Assembly: GCA_964458155.1 (NCBI GenBank)
Contig: CAYWGP010000118.1
Span: 9,810 to 73,809 of the forward strand
DNA length: 64,000 nucleotides
Source of the DNA: an uncultured Bacteroides sp.
GTDB taxonomy: Bacteria; Bacteroidota; Bacteroidia; Bacteroidales; GCA-2748055
Reading direction: 5' to 3'
The translations under genes and the position numbers were made by a program. Positions within the stretch are counted from its first letter, which is position 1, and each line of letters starts with the position of its first letter. Below the pieces are notes generated by a model that did no database searches, had not been told where the DNA came from, and worked only from the letters and a program-made list of their open reading frames with translations. This document shows positions 1 through 8,606 of this stretch, piece by piece.

Positions 1-667
1 TCCAAATTCTTGCGTATTACCCGTTGAAACCAAACTGCCATGGGAACGTCTTGCAGCTTTGCCGGAAATGCTACAGACCACACACGGATCATTACACGAG
101 GGCTTAGAGATAGACCGGGCGGAATCCATCCTGATAAGGGGTGGTACGTCTTCCATTGGAATGGCTGCTCTGGCTCTGGCAAAAACCGCTGGCATGCACG
201 TTGGCACTACAACTCGAAATCCATCGAAGGTGAGCTTTCTCAAAGAAGCAGGTGCTGACGAGGTTTTGATTGATAATGGCGAGATTCATAAGCAGGTTAT
301 AGAGAATAAATTCGGACTTTATGATCGGGTTCTAGAACTTATCGGAACGACCACCTTGCTCGATTCGCTTCGTTGTGTTGGAAAGGGGGGTATTGTTTGT
401 ATGACCGGTATTCTAGGCGGAAAATGGACCTTGGACGACTTCCATCCGATGGGAGATATTCCGACAGCCGTTAAGTTAACCTCCTATAGTGGAGAAGCGT
501 CGAACCTAAGTATTGATCAGTTTCAGGAGTATCTTCGACTAATTGAGGAAGGGAAACTGGTTGTTGAAACCGGGCAGGTCTTTGAATTTGAAGAATTGAT
601 CCAGGCGCACAAATTAATGGATGAAAATCAAGCTGGTGGCAAAATAGTTGTCCTTGGTAAACAATGA
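1..667 (+). CDS. MDR-superfamily NAD(P)H:quinone oxidoreductase / Zn-type alcohol dehydrogenase, C-terminal ~220 aa (5' end outside window)
   Basis: The frame is open from base 2 (PNSCVLPVETKLPWERLAALPEML...), so the Met at 59 is internal. Rossmann-like 'ILIRGGTSSIGMAALALAK' and C-terminal 'AHKLMDENQAGGKIVV' match quinone-reductase-like MDR proteins. Confidence 0.8.
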   Translation, partial: PNSCVLPVETKLPWERLAALPEMLQTTHGSLHEGLEIDRAESILIRGGTSSIGMAALALAKTAGMHVGTTTRNPSKVSFLKEAGADEVLIDNGEIHKQVIENKFGLYDRVLELIGTTTLLDSLRCVGKGGIVCMTGILGGKWTLDDFHPMGDIPTAVKLTSYSGEASNLSIDQFQEYLRLIEEGKLVVETGQVFEFEELIQAHKLMDENQAGGKIVVLGKQ

Positions 668-719
668 GAACAACAATAGTAACCAACTAAATGCTATTAA
701 TCATTAATATAATGGAAAT

Positions 720-1130
720 ATGAAAGTAGAATTCGAAGTTTCTGATATCCTCTCAGCCACTCCAGAACAGATCTACGCTGCCTGGCTGGATTCCGGTGAG
801 CATTCTGAGATGACTGGCAGCCCTGCAAGGATTTCTTCCATAGTTGGAGGCAAATTTGATGCATGGGATGGATATATCAGTGGCACAAATCTGGAGTTGC
901 AGCCATCGAGCCGGATCCTCCAACTTTGGCGCACAAGCGAGTTTGAGGATTCTGACGAAGATTCTCTATTAGAAATTCTATTGGAAACGGTAGAGAACGG
1001 AACCATCATTAAAATCCAACATAGCCAACTTCCGGAGCATGGAATGCAATATCAGCAAGGTTGGAGGGATTCGTACTTCACCCCTATGAAAGCTTACTTT
1101 GAGACAAAATCAAAGGCGGGAGACGTTTAA
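720..1130 (+). CDS. SRPBCC / AHSA1-like (Activator of Hsp90 ATPase homolog 1-like) small protein
   Basis: 136 aa. 'TPEQIYAAWLDSGEHSEMTG' and 'GGKFDAWDGYISGTNLEL' match the typical AHSA1/SRPBCC pattern. Confidence 0.75.
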   Translation: MKVEFEVSDILSATPEQIYAAWLDSGEHSEMTGSPARISSIVGGKFDAWDGYISGTNLELQPSSRILQLWRTSEFEDSDEDSLLEILLETVENGTIIKIQHSQLPEHGMQYQQGWRDSYFTPMKAYFETKSKAGDV

Positions 1131-1173
1131 CAAGACACAAAAGCCAAGCGAAACACGTGTCACGTCCTTCGCT

Positions 1174-1224
1174 GAAAAGGCAAAGCCCGCGTCAGGTATA
1201 GCGGCTTAGTTCCACCTTTATATG
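1174..1224 (+). repeat. 3'-flank intergenic repeat, copy A
   Basis: gaaaaggcaaagcccgcgtcaggtatagcggcttagttccacctttatatg. It aligns with copies at 2713, 5003 and others. Potential stem AAGCC(C)GC / GCGGCTT. Confidence 0.8.
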
Positions 1225-1285
1225 TATTATATTTAATGGGCATTTGCGATGGAGCCTAAAATGGTTGTAACTAACAATAAGGTAT

Positions 1286-2161
1286 ATGATCCTGCATACA
1301 AAATTGCTGCATTTCTTTTTAAAAATATTTTATGCAAAAAAGATTGCGACAAGAAGTCTTCTAAAACCATCAAGGTCAAAAACATTCAAAATGCCTGTAA
1401 GCTTAAGAAAAGGATTGTTAAGCGATCAATTTTTAGTTAAAAATCGAAACGTAGTAACATTTGATCCCCGGAAACCATCGCTAAATAAGCATTTATTTTT
1501 TCTTCACGGGGGTGCATATGCAGCAGAAGCGAGACCGAGTCACTGGAGGGTGATAGAGCAATTGATAAAAAAAACATTTTTTAAGTTGAGTTTTATTGAT
1601 TATCCACTTGCCCCGGAGTATACTTACAAAGAATCACATGAAATGGTTTTCCAGGCATACACTAAATTGCTTGAAAAATATCCAAATGACGATTTCTATT
1701 TTGTAGGAGATTCAGCAGGTGGAGGATTTTGTTTGTCTTTCGCTCAATCTCTTCGCAATGTTCACTTCAAAAAAATGCCTGAAAAAATAGTCCTTCTTTC
1801 TCCATGGGTAGATATCTCAATGAGCAATCCTGAGATTAAGGAATTGGAAAAGAAGGATTTGCTTCTCAATCCAAAACAATTATTAATCTGTTCACAGAAT
1901 TTTGCAGGAGGTTTAGATTTAAAGAATCCAATAGTATCTCCGCTATATGGAGATATGGACGAACTAAACAGTATTGGTGTATTTGTAGGTACACACGAAA
2001 TTCTCCTCCCTGATTGCAGAATACTCAAAAGAAAGATTGAAAAATCCAACACTGGGATTTTCTATAAAGAGTATGAAGCCATGCAACATGATTGGATGAT
2101 ATTTCCAATAAAAGAACGCGAGATATTGTTGAATGATGTCGTTGAATTTGTAATGAATTAG
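1286..2161 (+). CDS. alpha/beta-hydrolase fold-3 esterase/lipase (HSL-type)
   Basis: Oxyanion motif 'HGGAY', nucleophile elbow 'GDSAGG', and a C-terminal His in 'AMQHDW'. The start is uncertain; an alternative ATG lies at 1391. Confidence 0.8.
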   Translation: MILHTKLLHFFLKIFYAKKIATRSLLKPSRSKTFKMPVSLRKGLLSDQFLVKNRNVVTFDPRKPSLNKHLFFLHGGAYAAEARPSHWRVIEQLIKKTFFKLSFIDYPLAPEYTYKESHEMVFQAYTKLLEKYPNDDFYFVGDSAGGGFCLSFAQSLRNVHFKKMPEKIVLLSPWVDISMSNPEIKELEKKDLLLNPKQLLICSQNFAGGLDLKNPIVSPLYGDMDELNSIGVFVGTHEILLPDCRILKRKIEKSNTGIFYKEYEAMQHDWMIFPIKEREILLNDVVEFVMN

Positions 2162-2170
2162 TTGATAGTC

Positions 2171-2227
2171 CAAAGCCAAAAACCTGACAAGATCTAATAT
2201 CTGCGCTTAGGTCTTTTGCCGTATTTG
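2171..2227 (+). repeat. 3'-flank intergenic repeat, copy B (degenerate)
   Basis: caaagcc...ctgcgcttaggtcttttgccgtatttg resembles caaagccc...gcggcttagttccacctttatatg of copy A. Confidence 0.45.
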
Positions 2228-2255
2228 AATTTAATAAAAGCATAAAAAAAATCAC

Positions 2256-2711
2256 ATGAAAAAGAAATGGTTTGAGGGATCTTGTATAATCGGATGCCGT
2301 TTTCAAAGTTTGGAACACTCAATCGAGGATCATGGTAAATTCTATGAAGGTGTTGTAAGTTGCATGTCAGGTATTTCAAGCGTTGAACTCCTTGAACAAG
2401 GATCGGATTATTTGATCATCGAGACCAACGAAGGCATAATGAAGAGAACAAATCTCAAGAAAAGTATCAAGCAGGATATTGTTGTGGTAGAGTATGATGA
2501 AGAATATAAGGCTGGGAAAATGGTCACAACTCACTCGCATTTCTTAGATGAATTCACATCAAACGAGGATGGAATAAAACTTATGACCACAATAAGTGAT
2601 GTGAGAGCATCTGGAGTGTTGGGCTTAATATACAGATTGTTTGGCAGTTCGAATATTGGGAAGGCTGTATTGAATTCTCATAAGACATATTTGGAAGCGC
2701 TGGAAGACTAA
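2256..2711 (+). CDS. hypothetical protein (possibly SRPBCC/CoxG-like fold)
   Basis: 151-aa ORF with coding-like composition. Resemblance to small SRPBCC proteins is loose, and no catalytic motif was recognised. Confidence 0.4.
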   Translation: MKKKWFEGSCIIGCRFQSLEHSIEDHGKFYEGVVSCMSGISSVELLEQGSDYLIIETNEGIMKRTNLKKSIKQDIVVVEYDEEYKAGKMVTTHSHFLDEFTSNEDGIKLMTTISDVRASGVLGLIYRLFGSSNIGKAVLNSHKTYLEALED

Positions 2712-2712
2712 T

Positions 2713-2764
2713 GGAAAGGCAAAGCCCGCGCCAGGCCAAGGCGGCTTGGTTCCCCCGTTCTATG
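2713..2764 (+). repeat. 3'-flank intergenic repeat, copy C
   Basis: ggaaaggcaaagcccgcgccaggccaaggcggcttggttcccccgttctatg starts 1 nt after the stop codon. It shares an identical 21-mer cccgcgccaggccaaggcggc with copy F. Confidence 0.85.
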
Positions 2765-2874
2765 CTAATGAATAACTTATTGCAACACCAGGAGGTAAGT
2801 TTATTTATAAGTTGGCAGCAATAAAAAGACATATTTGATTTTTTCTGCCTGCGTATTATCAAAACTATTAAACA

Positions 2875-3825
2875 ATGGGGAGATTTATCAAAAAAGTAAC
2901 ACATCCTCCAAGACTCACCTTCCTGAGAATATTCAGAGCAATGTGGAGGCAAAAATCCAAGAATCCAAAATGTCCTGATCAACCAAGATTGGATGGGAAA
3001 TTGGCACTTGTGACCGGTGGCAATCATGGAATAGGTTTCGAAACCACCCAAGGACTGGCCGAAAGGGGTGCTGAAGTGATTATTCTTGCCAGAAATGAAG
3101 CCAAATCCAGAAAGGCAATGGAGAAAACCCAGGAGGAGATACGTAATAAAGTCCATTTTATTCTCATGGATCTTGGCGACATTGAAAGTATTTTAACTGC
3201 TGCGAAGGAAATTGCTCAGGTATTTCCTGAACGAAAAATTGATCTTGTGGTGGCAAATGCAGGAATATCACCGAGTGGATATTCAACATCAGTGCAAGGC
3301 TATGAAATAGCCTTTGCCGTTAATGTTTTAGGACATCATGTACTTTTTAAGGCTTGTCTTGATCAATTGCTGCTAAAGGATAATGCACAAATAATATCGC
3401 TGGCTGGAGATATATATATCCTGGGAAAGAAAAGCAGACCAGATTACTTTTCCAAAGAAGATAGTGTTACAAATTCATACTGCCAGAGCAAACTCGGATG
3501 CATGTGGTGGGCATTTAAATTATCTGAAAAGTATCCAAAGTTTTCAATCAATATAGTGCATCCTGGTGTAGTAGCAACCGGGTTAGGTGGCGAAACCACT
3601 GGAGCTTTCAGGCAATTGTTAAGAAAAAATCTAATGTTATCTCCAGGAGAAGGTGCTCAAACTACCCTAATTTGTGCCACACAGCCAGATGTAGTTAATG
3701 GAGCTTATTATCACAATACCATGGGCCAGATTATTCTACCCATTGATGATCCCGCAGTAAATTCTGAAAATGCTGAAGAATTCTGGAATATACTGGAAGA
3801 CATTGCTTCGAAATATATGGCATAG
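2875..3825 (+). CDS. short-chain dehydrogenase/reductase (SDR) family oxidoreductase
   Basis: 'ALVTGGNHGIGFE' (TGxxxGIG), 'ANAG', and catalytic YxxxK as 'YCQSK'. Confidence 0.85.
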   Translation: MGRFIKKVTHPPRLTFLRIFRAMWRQKSKNPKCPDQPRLDGKLALVTGGNHGIGFETTQGLAERGAEVIILARNEAKSRKAMEKTQEEIRNKVHFILMDLGDIESILTAAKEIAQVFPERKIDLVVANAGISPSGYSTSVQGYEIAFAVNVLGHHVLFKACLDQLLLKDNAQIISLAGDIYILGKKSRPDYFSKEDSVTNSYCQSKLGCMWWAFKLSEKYPKFSINIVHPGVVATGLGGETTGAFRQLLRKNLMLSPGEGAQTTLICATQPDVVNGAYYHNTMGQIILPIDDPAVNSENAEEFWNILEDIASKYMA

Positions 3826-3862
3826 AACAAATCACTAAAACAGACACCAGGGTCCCCTGAAT

Positions 3863-3908
3863 GCAAAGGAGGTGGGGTGGTGGGCGCCACTTGGTTCAAG
3901 GGTTATAT
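3863..3908 (+). repeat. 3'-flank intergenic repeat, copy E (degenerate)
   Basis: gcaaaggaggtggggtggtgggcgccacttggttcaagggttatatg. The 3' half aligns with ggcggcttggttcccccgttctatg. Confidence 0.4.
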
Positions 3909-3969
3909 GAAGGGGAGGAAAGATCACTCGATAAATATGTAAATAGTACGCTATAATAAAGTTGAAACG

Positions 3970-4965
3970 ATGAAGCCCTTCTGTTTACTCCTGGTATTGT
4001 TTCTTTCCTGTCAGCGCGGGACTCCTGATAATTCAGCATTAATGACAAACGATGAAGTATTTCAGTATGCTCATCAATTTGTTCGATGGTTTTATAATGA
4101 TCAGCTAGATTCTCTTAGCCAGCATATAAATAATAAAAACTTCACCCTGGATGATCTAAAGAGATTCAAAGTCCAAGCCGAGGATCAACTCGGGAAGGAG
4201 GAAGAGTTACTTTTTGATAGAAATTTCATATATGTAAAGGACGGCAAAACTAATTATGAGAACATTAGAGATTGCAGGTTTTCTAGATCAGCACGTCCAG
4301 TTCGTATTCTTTTCGGATTCGATAATCAGCAGACTATCTACAAGTTTGAAGTAAGCATACTTCCCAGGGAGGCACACACCACACACATTAATTATCAAAC
4401 AAAAACGAAACTCAAATTACCCTTTGAAGGTGAATGGTATGTCGCTTCAGGAGGAAGGACAGTTTTGCACAACGGGCATGCGATTTCTGCAAACCAAAGA
4501 TTTGCATACGACTTTTTGATTAAGAAAGAAGGATATACCTTTAGGAATGAAGGCAAATACAATAAGGACTATTTTTGTTTTGAAAAAAATGTAGTTGCTC
4601 CCGGCAAGGGAAGGGTCTTTAAAGTGATTAACCATATAGAAGAAAACGAGGTAGGTAAGATGGGAGAGGGAGATGGTAATACGGTCGTTATCGATCATGG
4701 CAATGGAGAATACTCTGTAATAGCTCATTTCAAAAAGGGTTCGATAGTGGTTGAAGTTGGGGATGAAGTGAATAGTGGACAGTTTTTAGGCCTATGTGGC
4801 AATAGTGGCCGGTCATTTCAGCCCCATATTCACTACCATTTACAAACAATGCCAGAGAATGGCCCGGGAGAAGGACTACCACTCCAATTTGCATCTTATA
4901 AATTAGATAGTATAAGCCATGAGAATAGCGAGCCAACCTGGGGCCAACGAATCAGAAATCAGTAG
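3970..4965 (+). CDS. M23 (LytM-type) family metallopeptidase, secreted/lipoprotein
   Basis: Signal with 'LFLSCQ'. 'VIDHGNGEYSVIAHF' and 'GNSGRSFQPHIHYH' (HxH) are M23 metal-ligand motifs. Confidence 0.8.
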   Translation: MKPFCLLLVLFLSCQRGTPDNSALMTNDEVFQYAHQFVRWFYNDQLDSLSQHINNKNFTLDDLKRFKVQAEDQLGKEEELLFDRNFIYVKDGKTNYENIRDCRFSRSARPVRILFGFDNQQTIYKFEVSILPREAHTTHINYQTKTKLKLPFEGEWYVASGGRTVLHNGHAISANQRFAYDFLIKKEGYTFRNEGKYNKDYFCFEKNVVAPGKGRVFKVINHIEENEVGKMGEGDGNTVVIDHGNGEYSVIAHFKKGSIVVEVGDEVNSGQFLGLCGNSGRSFQPHIHYHLQTMPENGPGEGLPLQFASYKLDSISHENSEPTWGQRIRNQ

Positions 4966-5002
4966 TTTGAAAAGATGTCGCTGCGATGCCGGGTCGTATG
5001 CA

Positions 5003-5054
5003 GGACAGGTAAATCCCGCGCCAGGCCAAGGCGGCATAGTTACACCGTTCCGCG
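5003..5054 (+). repeat. 3'-flank intergenic repeat, copy F
   Basis: ggacaggtaaatcccgcgccaggccaaggcggcatagttacaccgttccgcg. Confidence 0.8.
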
Positions 5055-5089
5055 ATCAATACTAAGGGTTTATTAAAACAGAGAAAAGG

Positions 5090-6628
5090 ATGAATCTAAC
5101 AATCAATTTAATAATTACCTGTTTGAGTATATCGCTTATTTCATGCACAAGCAATCAAGCAAAGGATGTCGCAGAAAAACCTAATATAATTTTCATCATG
5201 TCGGATGACCACGCTTATCAGGCGATAAGTGCCTACAATTCAGGTTTAGTCAAAACACCAAATATAGATAAGATTGCAGATCAGGGTATTAAGTTTAATA
5301 ATGCCTTTGTTACTAATTCGATCTGTGCCCCAAGTCGAGCAGTGATTCTAAGCGGGAAATTCTCACATTTGAATGGCGTTCCGGGCAACGGTCAGGTGTT
5401 TGATGGAAATCAGCAAACATTCCCGAAAATCCTGCAACAAAATGGTTATCAAACAGCAATGATTGGCAAGTGGCATTTAAAAAGCCATCCAACAGGATTC
5501 GATTACTGGAACGTATTACCCGGTCAGGGTGACTATTACAATCCTGATTTCATCAAGCAGGGAAAGGATACTACTTATAATGGATACGTAACTGATATTA
5601 TCACAGAGCTTTCTATTGACTGGTTAAAAAGAAGGGATAAGAACGAACCATTTTGTTTACTGATGCACCATAAGGCGCCACATCGAAGTTGGATGCCGGC
5701 CTTAAAGAACCTGGAATTATTTGATGATGCATATTTTCCACTGCCCGAAAATTTTTATGACGAATATGAAGGTAAAGAAGCCCTAAAAGTGCAAATGCTA
5801 ACAGTAAAAGATCACATGGATGTACGCATGGATTTCAAGATTCCGTGTGATACTTGCGATACAGTTTCGGTTAACTCCTGGGCACCAGGTGAGTATTGGA
5901 GGAGACTTGATCGTTTGTCACCTGATGAACGGCAAAAATGGGATGAGGCCTACAAAAAGGAAGAAAAGGAGTTTTATGAAGTAAAAGATGAGGAACCGGA
6001 ATACGACCTTTGGAAATTCAGGCGATATATGGAGGATTATCTGCGCTGTATTGTTTCGGTGGATGAAAGCGTTGGACAGGTCCTTGAATATCTTAAGGAA
6101 AACGGACTGGAAGAAAATACCATTATCGTTTATACTTCTGATCAAGGATTTTTTCTAGGTGAGCATGGATTGTTCGACAAACGATTTATGTATGAAGAAG
6201 CGATGAGATCTCCGCTGATGATTCGGTATCCAAAAGAGATAATGGGTAATTTACAGACCGGGCTGCTGACTCAGAATCTGGATATTGCTCCCACAATTCT
6301 TGATGTGGCCGGAATTTCTATTCCAGATGATATGCAGGGAATATCATTGCGTGATATTTGGCTAAACAGTGATACTCCATGGAGAGATGCAATCTACTAT
6401 CATTACTACGAGAAAGGATTTGGAGCTACCCCTCATTATGGAGTCCGTACGGATCGCTACAAGTTAATTCACTTTTACGATGTAGTTGATTCATGGGAAT
6501 TTTATGATCTTGAAACAGATCCAAATGAAATGAAAAATTTATACAATGATCCCGGGTATGAACAACAAATTAAAGAGTTAAGCGACAAATTGGTTGAACT
6601 GCAAGATTTATATATGGATACAATCTGA
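5090..6628 (+). CDS. Cys-type sulfatase (S1 family), lipoprotein signal
   Basis: 'LISCTS' lipobox, 'IIFIMSDDH', formylglycine motif 'CAPSRAVILSG', 'GKWHL'. Confidence 0.9.
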   Translation: MNLTINLIITCLSISLISCTSNQAKDVAEKPNIIFIMSDDHAYQAISAYNSGLVKTPNIDKIADQGIKFNNAFVTNSICAPSRAVILSGKFSHLNGVPGNGQVFDGNQQTFPKILQQNGYQTAMIGKWHLKSHPTGFDYWNVLPGQGDYYNPDFIKQGKDTTYNGYVTDIITELSIDWLKRRDKNEPFCLLMHHKAPHRSWMPALKNLELFDDAYFPLPENFYDEYEGKEALKVQMLTVKDHMDVRMDFKIPCDTCDTVSVNSWAPGEYWRRLDRLSPDERQKWDEAYKKEEKEFYEVKDEEPEYDLWKFRRYMEDYLRCIVSVDESVGQVLEYLKENGLEENTIIVYTSDQGFFLGEHGLFDKRFMYEEAMRSPLMIRYPKEIMGNLQTGLLTQNLDIAPTILDVAGISIPDDMQGISLRDIWLNSDTPWRDAIYYHYYEKGFGATPHYGVRTDRYKLIHFYDVVDSWEFYDLETDPNEMKNLYNDPGYEQQIKELSDKLVELQDLYMDTI

Positions 6629-6669
6629 TAATTTTGAATAGATTCAAATCAAAAACAAATCACCTTAGT

Positions 6670-7218
6670 ATGAAAAAAACTATCATTTTATTATTAATCA
6701 TTTCTGCTTGTAATTCAACTGAGCAGCAAGTCAAAGATGTGGTACCCCTTTTTTCTTATGATGTCGAAGAAAGAATAAGAGAGCTGGGAATAGAATTAGG
6801 AGAACCTTACAAACCTGTTGCCAACTATGTGAGCTCTGTTAGAAGTGGGAATTTAGTATTTATGTCTGGTGCTGGCCCACAAATGTCTGACGGGGAATAC
6901 CTTACAGGTAAGGTAGGGAGTGATCTAACTTTAGAAGAGGGCTATGAGGCAGCCAGGTTAACCGGTATTGTGCTGTTATCAGCCTTAAAGGATCAGGTTG
7001 GAGATCTAAATAAAGTAGAAAGGATAATTAAAGTAAAAGGCATGGTAAACGCAGATCCCTCTTTCACACAGCATCCTGCTGTAATAAATGGAATCTCAGA
7101 CTTGATGGTTGAAATATTTGGTGAAAGAGGAAAGCATGCACGTGCCGCTGTAGGTATGGGATCGCTTCCAATGAATATTGCGTGTGAAATTGAAATGATA
7201 GTACAAGTTAGCGAATGA
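6670..7218 (+). CDS. RidA/YjgF/TdcF-family protein with N-terminal lipoprotein signal
   Basis: ATG at 6670 gives 'MKKTIILLLIISACNS'. The body ('GNLVFMSGAGP', 'ARAAVGMGSLPMNIACEIEMIV') matches the RidA-like fold. Confidence 0.75.
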   Translation: MKKTIILLLIISACNSTEQQVKDVVPLFSYDVEERIRELGIELGEPYKPVANYVSSVRSGNLVFMSGAGPQMSDGEYLTGKVGSDLTLEEGYEAARLTGIVLLSALKDQVGDLNKVERIIKVKGMVNADPSFTQHPAVINGISDLMVEIFGERGKHARAAVGMGSLPMNIACEIEMIVQVSE

Positions 7219-7233
7219 TTATTCTCTACAATG

Positions 7234-7262
7234 CTACGGCGGTTTAGTTCCGCAGTTCAACA
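7234..7262 (+). repeat. 3'-flank intergenic repeat, copy G (3' half only)
   Basis: ctacggcggtttagttccgcagttcaaca aligns with gcggcttagttccacctttatatg. Confidence 0.5.
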
Positions 7263-7277
7263 TTAACAAAGAAGAAG

Positions 7278-8606
7278 GTGCCAGATAGACGACATTTGCT
7301 AGTTTCAATTTGTGCCGCTGCCCTGGTGGCTGGCATAGCCTTGCTTCTTTTCAGGGCTGGTCAGGAAAGAAAGCCAAATATTATTATCATCCTTGCTGAT
7401 GATTACGGATATGGAGATGCTGGGTGCTACGGAAGCAAGCGATTCCTTACGCCCCACATTGATGCCCTGGCAGCCGGAGGGCTGCGTTTTACGGATTTCC
7501 ATTCCAATGGAGCGGTCTGTAGTCCGACGCGGGCAGCATTGCTGACCGGCCGGTATCAACAGCGTACGGGTATCACCGGTGTGGTCACAGCCGCAGGTCA
7601 CCGTCACACCGGGCTGGATATAGGAGAGACCACCTTTGCCGATATTTTGAAAACCGCCGGCTATACTACAGCCCTGTTTGGGAAGTGGCATCTCGGCTAC
7701 CTTCCGGATTATAATCCCATTCACCAGGGTTTCGATGAGTTTGTAGGATACGTGAGCGGTAATATAGACTACCATGCTCATCTCGATCAAACAGGCATGG
7801 AGGATTGGTGGAAACAGGACGAATTGAATCCGGAGTGCGGATATACGACAGATCTTATTACAGACCATGGAGTTGACTTTATCCGGCGCCACAGTGAGCA
7901 TCCCTTTCTGTTGTATATTGCTCATGAAGCACCACACTATCCTTACCAGGGCCGCAATGATCCACCGCGCTATACCCGGGATGATGGCAGGACCGAGGAT
8001 CCGGTCACACTGGAGGTTTATAAAGAAATGATTGAGGTAATGGATGAAAATGTGGGTCGGATCCATCAAGCTCTTATAGATGCAGAGCTGATCGATAACA
8101 CACTCATCTTTTTTTTCTCGGACAATGGACCCTCAGCACCCGGATCGGCCGGATCACTACGGGGGCAGAAAGGGCAGATTTGGGAAGGCGGACATCGGGT
8201 TCCGGCAATTGCCTACTGGCCAGGGAAGATTGAGGCAGGACGAGTGTCGGATCTGACTGCTATGGGCGCTGATTTACTGCCAACCATGGCGGCTATTAGC
8301 GGCGCAGTGTTAGCCAGAAGCCTCAGGTTGGATGGTATTAATCTCCTGCCACACCTGATCGAAAACAAGCAGCCAGCACCCAGGCCTCTTTTCTGGGCAT
8401 ATAAAAATCAATTGGCCATCAGGCAGAGTGATTTCAAATTGATTACCGATATTTCCTTTTCCGATACTTTATTGTATAATTTGAAAATTGACCCCGGAGA
8501 AAAGAATAATATAGCGGCACAACATCCGGATTTGGTTCAGGAACTTTTAAGATTACTGATAGCCTGGCAAACAGATGTGACAAAAGATGTAAAGAAACGA
8601 ACATGA
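7278..8606 (+). CDS. arylsulfatase (Cys-type, S1 family)
   Basis: 'IIIILADDYGYGD', FGly motif 'CSPTRAALLTGR', 'GKWHLG'. GTG start per the track. 4-nt overlap (ATGA) with the next gene. Confidence 0.9.
   Translation: MPDRRHLLVSICAAALVAGIALLLFRAGQERKPNIIIILADDYGYGDAGCYGSKRFLTPHIDALAAGGLRFTDFHSNGAVCSPTRAALLTGRYQQRTGITGVVTAAGHRHTGLDIGETTFADILKTAGYTTALFGKWHLGYLPDYNPIHQGFDEFVGYVSGNIDYHAHLDQTGMEDWWKQDELNPECGYTTDLITDHGVDFIRRHSEHPFLLYIAHEAPHYPYQGRNDPPRYTRDDGRTEDPVTLEVYKEMIEVMDENVGRIHQALIDAELIDNTLIFFFSDNGPSAPGSAGSLRGQKGQIWEGGHRVPAIAYWPGKIEAGRVSDLTAMGADLLPTMAAISGAVLARSLRLDGINLLPHLIENKQPAPRPLFWAYKNQLAIRQSDFKLITDISFSDTLLYNLKIDPGEKNNIAAQHPDLVQELLRLLIAWQTDVTKDVKKRT

Noticed and set aside
1131-7277. Canonical integron attC sites (R'' RYYYAAC ... 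R' GTTRRRY) in the six intergenic repeats
   Set aside because: I could not find the inverse-core/core pair at the repeat ends. The GTT-containing segments read GTTCCAC, GTTCCCC and GTTACAC rather than GTTRRRY, and no integrase is in the window. I therefore do not call an integron, only a cassette-like arrangement that needs testing.
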